Source: Candidatus Multivorans sp. (GTDB lineage Bacteria > Acidobacteriota > Thermoanaerobaculia > Multivoradales > Multivoraceae). From it: 64,000 bases of DNA. The translations under genes were made by a program, and so were the position numbers. The notes under the pieces are model-generated. The model was not told the origin of the DNA and did no database searches. It worked only from the letters and a program-made list of their open reading frames with translations. This document shows, piece after piece, positions 30,130 to 41,100 of this stretch; position 1 is the first letter of the stretch; every line of letters starts with the position of its first letter. The stretch is from NCBI GenBank assembly GCA_965224025.1, contig OZ245033.1, forward strand, positions 4,256,001 through 4,320,000. Reading direction: 5' to 3'.

Positions 30130-31986
30130 ATGCGCCCGACTCGCACGGTCCTCGCCGTTCCGACCCTTCTTTCGCTCTTCCTGCTCGGCTGCGCTGCCGG
30201 CGACCAGGAAGCCGGCGCCGGTGCTGCCGGCGGCGGCGACGCCGCGGCGCCGAACCCGCTCAAGGACGCCTACTTCGGCGACCTGCACGTGCACACGAAG
30301 TACTCCTTCGACTCCTACCTGTTCGGGACACGCACGAATCCCGACGACGCCTACCGATTCGCCAAGGGTGAGGCGATCGAGCACGCGAGCGGCCACCGGA
30401 TCCAGCTTCAGAGCGGCGCCTTCGACTTCCAGGCCGTGACCGATCACGGTCTCTATCTCGGCGTGCTCCCCGAGATGGACAACGCCGAGAATCCCCTCTA
30501 CGCGACCGAACTCGGCACCGATCTGCGGGAAGGGGGCGGTTTCGCCCGCGCCATCCAGGCGCTCCGCAGCGGCGAGTTCGCCGAACTTCCGGCGGACGCG
30601 CAGGACGACGCCAAGGGCAGTGCCTGGCAGGCGATCATCGAGGCCGCCGAGGCCCACAACGATCCCGGGACCTTCACCACCTTCGTGGGCTACGAGTACA
30701 CGACCTCGTCGAACGACCGGGGCAACCTGCACCGCAACGTGATCTTCCGCGGCAGCAACGTGCCGCCCAGGCCCTTCGCCTCGACCGACTCGCGCAATCC
30801 CGAGGACCTCTGGCGCTGGCTCGACGAACGCCGGGACGAAGGCATGGAGGCCCTCGCCATCCCGCACAACTCGAACGGCAGCAACGGCCACATGTTCAAG
30901 CTCGAGACGGTCGGCGGTGAGCCGCTCGACGCGGCGTACGCCGAGCTGCGGATGCGCAACGAACCCCTGGTCGAGATGACCCAGGTCAAAGGCACCTCGG
31001 AGACGCACCCGCTGCTGTCGCCGAACGACGAGTGGGCGGACTTCGAGATCTTCCCCTACCGCATCGCCACGCAGCTCTACAGCGAACCGAAGGGCAGTTA
31101 CGTCCGCGAGGCCTACGTTAACGGCCTCGTGCTCCAGGAGACCCTGGGCTTCAACCCGTTCCGCTTCGGCATCGTCGGAGCGACCGACACCCACAACTCC
31201 GGCGGCACGCCAGAAGAGCACAACTTCCACGGCAAGGTCGGCAGGGGCGACGGCACCGGCCAGCTTCGCGGCTCGGTGCCACTCGACGAGCCGACCGAGG
31301 ACGGCGAGATGTACAGACCGGCAAGGTACTGGGGCGGTTCCGGGCTGGCCGCCGCCTGGGCCGAGGAGAACACGCGCGACTCGATCTACGACGCCTTCCG
31401 GCGCAAGGAGACCTTCGCCACCAGCGGCCCGCGAATGCGGGTCCGGTTCTTCGGCGGCTACGGCTACACGGACGACCTGACCTCGGATCCGGACATGATC
31501 GCCGCCGCCTACGAAGGCGGCGTGCCGATGGGCGGCGACCTGCTCGCCGATGAAGGCCGGAGCCCCCGCTTCCTGGTCTGGGCCGCGCGCGACGCGGACA
31601 GCGCCCCGCTCCAGCGCCTGCAGATGGTCAAGGGCTGGGTCGAAGACGGCGAGGCCCGTGAACAGGTCACCGACATCGCCTGCGCGGACGGCGGCATGCC
31701 CTCCGGCGACCCGCTCCGCTGCCCGGACAACGGCGCCGGCGTCGATCTTTCCGACTGCAGCTACTCCCAGGACCTGGGCGCCGCCGAACTGTCGGCCATC
31801 TGGAGCGACCCGGACTTCGACGCGGCGCAGCACGCCATCTACTACGTACGCGTGCTCGAGAACCCGACCTGCCGCTGGTCGACCTGGGACGCGCTCCGCG
31901 CCGGCGTAGAGCCCAATCCCGACATGCCGGCCACGATCCAGGAGCGCGCCTGGTCTTCGGCGATCTGGTACGTCCCGGGCAGCTAA
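30130..31986 (+). CDS. DUF3604-family (PHP-like) exported protein, probable lipoprotein
   Basis: LLGC lipobox; YFGDLHVHT, AVTDH, GYEYT, NLHRNVIF, IPHNSNGSNG, QVKGTSETHP, TDTHN, YYVRVLENPTCRWS, QERAWSSAIWY. Confidence 0.88.
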   Translation: MRPTRTVLAVPTLLSLFLLGCAAGDQEAGAGAAGGGDAAAPNPLKDAYFGDLHVHTKYSFDSYLFGTRTNPDDAYRFAKGEAIEHASGHRIQLQSGAFDFQAVTDHGLYLGVLPEMDNAENPLYATELGTDLREGGGFARAIQALRSGEFAELPADAQDDAKGSAWQAIIEAAEAHNDPGTFTTFVGYEYTTSSNDRGNLHRNVIFRGSNVPPRPFASTDSRNPEDLWRWLDERRDEGMEALAIPHNSNGSNGHMFKLETVGGEPLDAAYAELRMRNEPLVEMTQVKGTSETHPLLSPNDEWADFEIFPYRIATQLYSEPKGSYVREAYVNGLVLQETLGFNPFRFGIVGATDTHNSGGTPEEHNFHGKVGRGDGTGQLRGSVPLDEPTEDGEMYRPARYWGGSGLAAAWAEENTRDSIYDAFRRKETFATSGPRMRVRFFGGYGYTDDLTSDPDMIAAAYEGGVPMGGDLLADEGRSPRFLVWAARDADSAPLQRLQMVKGWVEDGEAREQVTDIACADGGMPSGDPLRCPDNGAGVDLSDCSYSQDLGAAELSAIWSDPDFDAAQHAIYYVRVLENPTCRWSTWDALRAGVEPNPDMPATIQERAWSSAIWYVPGS

Positions 31987-31989
31987 GGC

Positions 31990-33882
31990 TTGGGCTACAG
32001 CAGGGCTTGTTGCGCCAACTCCTGGGAACCCGGGTGGCGCGATCCGCGCCACCCGCAAACCACTCCGTGCGCCCGTCTTCGGGCGCGCGGATGGCACGCG
32101 GGCGTCTCGCCCGCATCCGGTCTCCGCCTCGCCGTCCTGATCCCGGCTCTCCTCGCCGCTTCAGCCAGCGTCGCTCAGGATGACGCGCCCCCGCCCAACC
32201 CCCTCCGCAACGCCTACTTCGGCGACCTCCACGTCCACACCCGCTACTCCTTCGACGCCTACCAGTTCGCGGTCCGCACCGAACCCGACGACGCCTACCG
32301 CTACGCGAGGGGAGAGTCGATCGACCACCCGGGCGGCTTCCGCTTTCAGCTAAAGGGCCAGCCGCTCGACTTTCTGGCCGTCACCGATCACGGCCAGTTC
32401 CTCGATGCGATGCCGGCAGTAGACGACCCCGAGAGCCCCTTCTTCGCGAGGATCTTCACCTGCGCCGGCCGTTCGGGGGCCGACGACGAGGAACCGGACC
32501 CGGGCGGCCCCAACGCCTGGCAGGCGATCATCGAAGCAGCGGAAGCGCACTACGAACCCGGCGCCTTCACCACCTTCATCGGCTACGAGTTCACGGCCTT
32601 CTCGGAGGGCCGGGGCAACCTGCACCGCAACGTGATCTTCCGCGGCGAGGCCCCGCCCGCGCCCTTCACGGTCGACACGTCGCAGGACCCGGAGGATCTC
32701 TGGCAGTGGCTCGACGAGCTGCGCGCCGGCGGGGTCGAGGCGCTCGCCATCCCGCACAACTCGAACGGCAGCAACGGCCACATGTTCAGGCTCGATACGG
32801 TCTCGGGCGAAGCCCTCGACGTCGCCTACGCCGAGCAACGCAACCGCAACGAACCCCTGGTCGAGATCACCCAGATCAAGGGCACGTCGGACACCCACCC
32901 CCTGCTGTCCCCGAACGACGAATGGGCCGACTTCGAGATCTACGCCTACCGGATCGGCACCACGCTGCCCAGCAAGGCCCCGGGCAGCTACGTTCGCGAG
33001 GCCTACCGGAACGGCCAGATGCTGCAGGACACCCGGGGCTTCAATCCGTTCCGCTTCGGCCTGATCGGTTCCACCGACTCCCACAACGCCGGCGGCACGC
33101 CCGAGGAGTCCAACTTCCACGGCAAGATCGGCACCGGCGACGGCACGCCCCAGCGGCGCGGCGCCGTGCCGCTCGCTCAACCGCTTCCGGACGGCGAGCT
33201 CTACACGAAGAACAACAACCGCTACTTCGGCGCCTCCGGCCTGGCCGGGGTCTGGGCCGAGGAGAACACCCGCGAGTCGATCTACGACGCGCTGCGGCGC
33301 AAGGAGACCTTCGCCACCACCGGTCCACGCATTCGGATCCGCTTCTTCGCCGGCTATGACTACGGCGACGACCTCGTCTCCGACCCGGAGATGACCGCGA
33401 AGGCCTCTGCGGGCGGCGTGCCGATGGGCGGCGACCTGCTCGCTGCCGGCGGCGAAAGCCCGCGCTTCCTGCTCTGGGCCGCCCGCGACAGGGACAGCGC
33501 CGCGCTGCAGCGCCTGCAGGTGGTCAAGGTCTGGGCCGAGGTCGGCGAGGCGCGGGAGCAGATCGTCGATGTCGCCTGCGCCGACGGCGGCGGGCCCTCG
33601 GGAGACCCGCCCCGATGCCCCGACAACGGCGCCACGGTCGACCTTTCCGACTGCAGCACCTCCGAAGACTCAGGCGCCGCCGAACTCTCGGCGATGTGGA
33701 GCGACCCGGACTTCGACGGCGCGCAGCGCGCGCTCTACTACGTGCGAGTGCTCGAGAACCCGAGCTGCCGCTGGTCGACCTGGGACGCGATCCGGGCCGG
33801 AGTCGAGCCGCGGCCGGACCTTCCGGCGACGATCCAGGAGCGCGCCTGGTCGTCGCCGATCTGGTACGTGCCGGGCGAGTAG
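31990..33882 (+). CDS. Second DUF3604-family exported protein (start uncertain)
   Basis: Same motifs as the upstream paralog; signal-like LAVLIPALLAASASVAQ preceded in frame by a translated repeat copy. Confidence 0.82.
   Translation: MGYSRACCANSWEPGWRDPRHPQTTPCARLRARGWHAGVSPASGLRLAVLIPALLAASASVAQDDAPPPNPLRNAYFGDLHVHTRYSFDAYQFAVRTEPDDAYRYARGESIDHPGGFRFQLKGQPLDFLAVTDHGQFLDAMPAVDDPESPFFARIFTCAGRSGADDEEPDPGGPNAWQAIIEAAEAHYEPGAFTTFIGYEFTAFSEGRGNLHRNVIFRGEAPPAPFTVDTSQDPEDLWQWLDELRAGGVEALAIPHNSNGSNGHMFRLDTVSGEALDVAYAEQRNRNEPLVEITQIKGTSDTHPLLSPNDEWADFEIYAYRIGTTLPSKAPGSYVREAYRNGQMLQDTRGFNPFRFGLIGSTDSHNAGGTPEESNFHGKIGTGDGTPQRRGAVPLAQPLPDGELYTKNNNRYFGASGLAGVWAEENTRESIYDALRRKETFATTGPRIRIRFFAGYDYGDDLVSDPEMTAKASAGGVPMGGDLLAAGGESPRFLLWAARDRDSAALQRLQVVKVWAEVGEAREQIVDVACADGGGPSGDPPRCPDNGATVDLSDCSTSEDSGAAELSAMWSDPDFDGAQRALYYVRVLENPSCRWSTWDAIRAGVEPRPDLPATIQERAWSSPIWYVPGE
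32021..32120 (+). repeat. REP-like multi-hairpin repeat, long form, inside ORF 5' end
   Basis: Homologous to 8153-8264 with different loops (ATC vs TCC, TCTT vs TCAT). Confidence 0.85.
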
Positions 33883-33934
33883 GTGGGTCTACAATGGCCG
33901 GCACACTCGAAGGTCACCGTCAGGGAGGAGCTCG

Positions 33935-35002
33935 ATGAGCAACAAGGGTCGTACTCGCATCGCCTTCGTACTCGCCGCCGCAATCGCCTGTGCCGGCGCC
34001 GTGGCAGGCGACGACATCCCGAGGACGTCCAGCGGCAAGCCGGACTTCTCCGGCAACTACGACATCGCCACCCTGACGCCGGTGCAACGGAGTCCCGAGT
34101 TGGGAGAGCGCCTCACCTTGACGCTGGAGGAAGCCCAGGCGATCAGCGACCGGGAGGCCCAGAACATCGACCAGAGGGCGCGGGCCAGCGATCCGAACCG
34201 GGACGCTCCGCCGGTCGGCGGCAGCGTCGGTGGCTACAACTACTTCTTCATGGACCGCGGCACCAGCGCCATCACGGTCGACGGCAAGTACCGGACCTCC
34301 CTGCTCGTCGACCCGCCGAACGGCCGCTTCCCGCCACTCACCGAGCGCGGGAAGGCCCGCCGGCAGGGGCTCTACGGATTCTCGAAGCGGAACACCGGCC
34401 CGGCCTGGTGGCGCGATCTCGAGGTCGGTCCCTACGACAACCCCGAGTCGCTTTCAATCGCCGACCGCTGCGTCTTCTCCCTGGAAGCGACGATCCCGAT
34501 CTACCCCAAGAACTACAACAACATCAAGACGATCGTGCAGACCGACACGCACCTGACGATTCTGATCGAGTGGATGCACTACGCGCGGGTCATTCCCATC
34601 AGTCCGTCCAGGCAGGAAGCCCGGCATCTGCCGCCCGAGATCCGTTCGCGCGCCGGCGACCCGGTCGCCTGGTGGGAGGGCGACACGCTCGTTGTCGACA
34701 CGACGAACTTCCTGGAAGAGAAGTGGGGCGCGACGACTCTCTTCGGCGAACCCTCCCCGCCCGCCGACCAGCATGTGGTCGAACGCTTCTCGTTCCAAGA
34801 CCAGAACACCCTGCTCTACCGGTTCACGCTCGAGAGCGGCGACTGGGAAGCGCCCTACAGCGGCGAGTACACCTGGCCGACCACCGCCGGCAAGCTCTAC
34901 GAGTTCGCCTGCCACGAAGGGAACTACGCCACCGGGAACACCCTGCGGGGGGCGCGGCTTGAAGAGCGCGAGGTCGCGGCCCAGAGCAGCGGCGCCCCAT
35001 GA
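33935..35002 (+). CDS. Conserved secreted hypothetical protein, paralog A
   Basis: GGAGGAG RBS, signal peptide, IPRTSSGKPDFSG, RTSLLVDPPNGR, DRC, WWEGDTLVVDTTNF, YEFACHEGN. Confidence 0.8.
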   Translation: MSNKGRTRIAFVLAAAIACAGAVAGDDIPRTSSGKPDFSGNYDIATLTPVQRSPELGERLTLTLEEAQAISDREAQNIDQRARASDPNRDAPPVGGSVGGYNYFFMDRGTSAITVDGKYRTSLLVDPPNGRFPPLTERGKARRQGLYGFSKRNTGPAWWRDLEVGPYDNPESLSIADRCVFSLEATIPIYPKNYNNIKTIVQTDTHLTILIEWMHYARVIPISPSRQEARHLPPEIRSRAGDPVAWWEGDTLVVDTTNFLEEKWGATTLFGEPSPPADQHVVERFSFQDQNTLLYRFTLESGDWEAPYSGEYTWPTTAGKLYEFACHEGNYATGNTLRGARLEEREVAAQSSGAP

Positions 35003-36060
35003 GCATCAGCGAAAGAACTCGCGTCGCCTGCGTCCTCGCGCTCGCGATCGGATTCGCCGCAGCCGCCGCGGCCGACGAAATCCCGAGGACACCGGGCGGC
35101 AAACCCGACTTCTCGGGCAACTACGACATCAGCACCCTGACGCCGATCGAGCGCAGCCCTCAGCTAGGCGAGCGCCTCCACCTGACCGAGGAAGAGGCCG
35201 AGCGGATCCGGTCGCAGGAAGCGGCGCGGATCGACCTCAGCTACAAGGCCAGCGACCCGGACCGCAAGGCGCCGACCGCCGGCGCCGGCGTGGGCGGCTA
35301 CAACTACTTCTTCATCGACCGCGGAACCTCTGCGGTCAAGGTCGACGGCCAGTACCGGACCTCACTGCTCGTCGACCCGCCGAACGGCCGCTTCCCGCCA
35401 TTGACCGAGCGCGGCAAGGCGCGGCGTGAAGGCGTCTACGGGTTCTTCCTGCAGAACGCCGGGAAGGCCTGGTGGCGCGACCACGAGGTCGGGCCCTACG
35501 ACGACCCGGAGTCGCTGTCGATCGCGGACCGCTGCATCTTCTCGCTCGAGGGAACGATCCCGATCTACCCGAAGTTCTACAACAACCTGAAGACGGTCAC
35601 CCAAACCGACACCCACCTGATGATCCTGATCGAGTGGATGCACTACGCGCGCATCATTCCGATCAGCCCGTCCAGGGAAGAAGCACGGCACGCACCGCCG
35701 GCCTATCGCTCGCGGGCCGGCGACTCCGTCGCCTGGTGGGAGGGCGACACCCTCGTCATCGAGACGACCAACTTCCAGGAAGAGAACTGGGTGACGTTCG
35801 CCCTCTACGGCGACCCTTCGCCCCCCGCCGATCAGCGGGTGATCGAGCGCTTCTCGTTCCAGGACGAGGACACCGTCCTCTACCGGTTCACGGTCGAGAA
35901 CGGCGACCGGGAGGCTCCTTACACCGTCGAGTACACCTGGCCGGCGACCGCGGACAAGCTCTACGAGTACGCGTGTCACGAAGGGAACTACTCCCTCGGG
36001 AATACGCTGCGCGGCGCGCGCCTTGAGGAGGGGGAAGTCGAAGCACGGACCGGCGGTTAG
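34999..36060 (+). CDS. Conserved secreted hypothetical protein, paralog B
   Basis: ATGA overlap with paralog A; colinear and highly similar to it over the full length. Confidence 0.8.
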   Translation: MSISERTRVACVLALAIGFAAAAAADEIPRTPGGKPDFSGNYDISTLTPIERSPQLGERLHLTEEEAERIRSQEAARIDLSYKASDPDRKAPTAGAGVGGYNYFFIDRGTSAVKVDGQYRTSLLVDPPNGRFPPLTERGKARREGVYGFFLQNAGKAWWRDHEVGPYDDPESLSIADRCIFSLEGTIPIYPKFYNNLKTVTQTDTHLMILIEWMHYARIIPISPSREEARHAPPAYRSRAGDSVAWWEGDTLVIETTNFQEENWVTFALYGDPSPPADQRVIERFSFQDEDTVLYRFTVENGDREAPYTVEYTWPATADKLYEYACHEGNYSLGNTLRGARLEEGEVEARTGG

Positions 36061-36106
36061 CGGTTCCGGCGCCGACGACCGTCCCGAGCGAATCACCGGA
36101 ACCCGC

Positions 36107-37729
36107 ATGCACATGCGCGACGCAAGCACAAACCGTGGACGCACGGACCGACCCTGGCGCTGGTTCTGCGTGCTGGCCGTGACCCTCACGGCACCGGCGG
36201 CAGGCCAGACGATAGTCCTCGACGCCATGCAAGCGGAACTTGCCCGGTCCATGGCAGCTCTTGGGCAGGAAGAAGTCCGACCCTACTTCCTCAGCTACGA
36301 GATCACGCAACTGCGGAACTTCTCGGCAAGCGCCTCCTTTGGCGCCCTGCGATCAAGCAACGAGACCACGCAGCGGACCCTCGACATCGACCTCAGAGTG
36401 GGAGACCACGAACTCGACAACACGAGGCGGGCGGGGGATTCAGGCCGTTCTCCCTTCCGGAACTTCCGGCGGCTGCAGATCCCGGTCGAGGACGACCCCG
36501 ACTCCATCCGCAGCATCTTGTGGGTCGAAACCGACCGGCACTACAGACGCGCAGTGCAGCAACTCACCCAAGTGCGGATGGACGTGCAGGTCAAGGTGCA
36601 GGCCGAGGATCCCTCACCGGACTTCTCGCGCGAACCCGCCTCGAGTGTCGTCGAGGACGAAGAACCGATCAGTGTCGATCCGGGAGAATGGGAACTCAAG
36701 GTCAGGCGCTACTCGGCACCATTCGCCGAACACGGCGACATCTACCACGGCTCTGCCTCGCTCAACGCCGAAACCGAAACCCGCTGGTTCGCAAACAGCG
36801 AAGGTTCCAGGATCCGGACATCCGCGACGACCTACCGGCTGGTCGTCTCGGCGAACACGAAAGCGGACGACGGCATGGAGCTTCCGCTCCACAAGACCTA
36901 CCTCTCGTTCACGCCCGAAGGCCTGCCCGACGACGACATCGTCGACCGGGACGTGCGCCGGATGATCGAGATCCTGCTGGCCCTACGCGATGCGCCGCTC
37001 GTGGACCCGTACACCGGGCCGGCGATTCTGTCCGGCCAGGCCAGCGGCGTGTTCTTCCACGAGATCCTGGGCCACCGTCTCGAAGGGCACCGCCTGAAGG
37101 ATGCGGACGACAGCCACACATTCAGAGAACAACTGAACCAGAAGGTCCTCCCGGAGTCGTTCTCCGTGCATTTCGATCCGACCCGAAGACCCTTGAAGCC
37201 CACGACCTCGCGGGGGCAGTTACCGCTACCACAATCAGGGATTGCGGTCCACCGTGTCACCGTGATCGACGAGGGAATCCCGAGGAACTTCCTCATGTCC
37301 CGCTCGTCGCTCGCCGGCTTCCCGAACTCGAACGGCCACCGGCGCAAGCAGCCGGGCATGAGGCCGGTGGCGCGGCACTCCTACCTCATCGTCGAGGTCG
37401 CGGATCCACTAGCGAGCGACGAGCTGAAGGCCCGCTTCCCGGCCGCGATCAAGGCGGAAGACAAGCCCTTTGGACTCCGTTTCGACGCGTTCGAGGGCGG
37501 CTTAACCTTCACGGGCCGATTCCTCCCCAACGTATTCAACGTGACGCCGCTGCTCGTCTATCGCATCTACCCCGACGGTCGCCAGGAACTCGTTCGGGGC
37601 GTTGACCTGATCGGAACGCCGCTCACCACGTTGAGTCGGATCGTCGCCGCGGACAACCAGATCGACGTCTTCAACGGGCATTGCAGCGCCGAATCGGGCA
37701 GCGTCCCCGTCGCCGACTTCTGGTCATGA
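36107..37729 (+). pseudogene. TldD/PmbA-family metalloprotease, apparently decaying
   Basis: AMQAELARS..L, PYFLSY, GPAILSG, FFHEILGHRLEG, ELVRGVDLIGTPL. Expected motifs are altered (SNGHRR, ARHSYL, CSAESG), the DLAG-SYRY.NQG segment near 37200-37240 is out of frame, and the C-terminus is truncated. Confidence 0.65.
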
Positions 37730-38100
37730 ACAGGCCTGGAAACGCCCGCTGCGAGTGCATCGCCCGGGGTGGATTCTCTGCGCTGTCGCGGCGGCGATCC
37801 TGCTGGCGCCGTGCGCTGAGGCCGACGCACAGCCTCGGGATCACCTGCGCGACAGCGTCTTGAAGCAAGGGCGACGAACTCACGCGAAGCACGGAACAAC
37901 TCCGGATGGAGGGCCTCGAGAAGCCCTACTTCGTGGCCTACACCGTTCGGCACCGCCGACGGGTGCCGGCCTCGGCCGCCTCCAGAAGGTAGACGTAGGG
38001 GCAGGCCTCGAGAGCGGAATCGAGTCTCTCAGCCGTTGTAACTACAACAGATTTCCCAACTTCCGCTCAGGGACTTCGGGCAAGCGGGCCTCCGGCCCGT
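37726..38100 (+). pseudogene. Remnant of the partner TldD/PmbA-like subunit
   Basis: ATGA overlap; signal-like WILCAVAAAILLAPCAEA; in another frame DELTRSTEQLRMEGLEKPYFVAYTV. The rest is missing. Confidence 0.65.
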
Positions 38101-38156
38101 GCCGACGACAAGCGTCCGACTTCTATGCCATTCCTATACGGGACCGGCCCGCGAGA

Positions 38157-41100
38157 TCACTCGTCGCGAGTCGAGCGTGGCTGTAGGTCCACCAGCAGAT
38201 TGTAGTGGTCGCTCTTGAGATCCAACGACTGCTCAGTCGTGAAACCGAGATCGTGCCGGAACTTCACGTTGTAGGAATCGGCCCGAAGTCCCTCAAACTC
38301 AAACCGACCCTGGTGATCCGTTCTGGTCCGGCGCTCCTTCCCCTGCCCATGAGGTACGGCGCTAACGAAGCCCCCGCTCGCAGGTCGGCCGGCGACTAGC
38401 ACCCATCCCGTCAACCGGAAGCCCGCTTCAAACACGAGTTCGACCGGCCCATATGCTGAGCCCGGCTCGAGGGTCACGCCGTACTCGGCGGATCGCCACT
38501 CACCCCTCTCCGCCACGATCCGCCAAGACCCTGGCGCTAGTGCCTCAAGCTCGAAGTTGCCCTCTATGTCGGGGACAGTACGCCGAAAGAGCACCTCCTG
38601 CCATGCCTGAATCTCAACCGCGGCCATGTCAGAGGCATCCATGCCAACCACTCGTCCACGAATCGAAGTGCCCGGCCCGAGCACGACGTCGATACCGGTC
38701 ACAGACTGGCCGTCGATCACGATTGTTTCGGACGATTCGCCCTCCGTGTAGCCCGACAATCTACCGAGCAGGCGGTACCGGCCACGGTGAAGACCCGTCA
38801 GGCGGAACCCGCCGCGGCTGTCGGACATTGCCAGCACCGCTGGTCGCGACCATCGCAGAAACCTACGCACGTCGGCCTCCATCTCGCCCACATCGTCTAT
38901 CCCAAGGACTTGAACTGCCTCGACGGCGGCTCCAGGAATCGGAGTACCATCGACCGAACGGACGAATCCGCTAATCTCCCAACCGGGGCTGAGTCGCACA
39001 TGGACTTCGCTGACTCCCGGCTTGAGTTCGATCTCGCGGGTTCGGGCGAGCAGTTCTGGATGGTTCACCTCGACCGTGGCGGCGCCGGTACCCGTCGCCA
39101 GTTCCGCTCGTCCGCCCGCGTCGGTCCGACCGAACGCGTACATTCGAGTCTCGCTCTCGAAGCTGACTCTCACGTCCGCACCCGGCACCGGCTCGCCGAG
39201 CTGAGTGACCACGAGGACGGTCAGATGACTAGTCGCCTCCAACCGCAGTTCGATCTCACGATGCTCGTTCGTCTTCAGTTCGATTCCCTCGGTCGCGGCA
39301 CGGCTCGACTGGTCGCTGGCTTCGACCGACCAAGTCGCGGGAGCCAAGTTGTCCAGGCGGAAGCGGCCCTCGCTGCCTGTGTGGACTCGATGGAACAGAT
39401 GCTCCCCCGCTAACCCTGAAACAACACGATTCGACTCTGCAACCTGCGCCCTCAGGTTGATTTCCACGCCAGCGACCACCCTGCCCGAAGGGCCCAACAC
39501 CCTGCCAGCCAGCGATGCCCCCTCAGCAAGTTCGATCAGGATAGACTCTCCGGTCCCAGGCCTAACGGACTCGACCGCCGAGGGAGCGAATCCAGGAGCA
39601 GTTGCGTTTAGTACGGTGAGGACAGGTAGTAGTCCAGCCAGCCGAAACCGGCCGTCGGCATCCGTTGCCACGGCCCGAGTCGCACCGGGTCCAGCCTGAT
39701 TCCATTGCCGGGCAGTGACCGCGGCACCAGCCACCGGCCGTCGACTGTCGTCCATCACGACTCCATGAATCTCCTTTCCAGCCGTCAGCGCGAAGACTCC
39801 GATGTCGACGTAACCCTCACCATGAGGCACGTTAACCAGCTCTTCCTTCAGTCCGGCATACTCTGGGTGGGAAATCCTGAGGCGGTACTGGCCAGGTGAG
39901 ACGTTCGGGAACTCGAACTCACCCCGACCGTTCGAGACCACGCCACGGGCCGCTCCCTGCCTGAGGGGGTGTTCAGAATCCTGCCCGCCGCTCGGACCCC
40001 AGATGAGCCACGCGTGAGCGCCCGCAACCGGCACACCAACCTGATCGACGACAAGACCCCACGGCCGCTGCCCTTTCGCCAGTACGATACGGACCGATTC
40101 TGGTCTAGTCTCAAGCGACAAGGGAGGCAGGTCGCGTACGGTGGACGGGTAACCTCGAGCCTCCACAATCAGCCGATATGCGGTGTCGTAGCGCGCGTTC
40201 GACAACCAAAACGAACCATCGGGCGCGGAGGTTGAACGGCCGGGTCCACCTGCAAGCGAGCCGAGGAAACGTGCCCGGCCGCTGGGCTCTGCGCGGACAG
40301 TCGCTCCGGCTATCGGCTGGCCCATCTCGGTGACTACCCAGCCGTGTAAGGGAGCTGCAGGTTTCACGACAAAGCGTACGATCGAGTCGGCCCGGAGTCG
40401 GCTTGCAGCAACTCTTGCATTCGCCTCTACGTAACCGGTTGCCGCTATAGTGAGCCCCGTCCGCTCCCGGCCAACTGGTACGGCCAGACTGAAGAACCCC
40501 AACCCATCGGTGAGCGCACGGTACCCCGGGTCCGAGCGGTCCCAAACAGCCGCACCGGCCACACCGCGATTCGAATCGGCATCGACGACTCTACCTTGGA
40601 TCGTGGTCGGTTGTGCTAACTCTATCACGACAACTCTCGGTTCGGCCTGGTCACCTTGCGAGGCCCAAGTGAGCGGCCCGACTTCAGCGTGGGCCCCGCC
40701 AATACTTTCGAACACAAACGTTGATCTTTCGCTTCTCGTAACAGCCACGGTCGCCTCGCCGTTCTCGTCAGTCACGGCCAACGGCACTTCATATCGACCA
40801 GTGGTGCGGATGACAACGTTTCGCACGGCCTCGCCACTCGAATCGCGGACGCGAAACGTCACCCCAGGTCCACTTGCGAGTTGAAGCGTCACGCGGCCTG
40901 ACTCGGCCTCGACGGCCCGCGGACCGAAACCGGAGGCCCAAGCGACGACGTTGGATCTTGCCGCTGGAACGACGAAACGGGCCAAGCCATCAGTGTCGCT
41001 CAGAGCCACGGCTCGATCGAATCCCGGGTAGAGCCGCTCCGGCCGTTCATAAACCGAAGGACGACTGTGACGTTCCGACAGCCCAACCGTGGGCTCTGCA

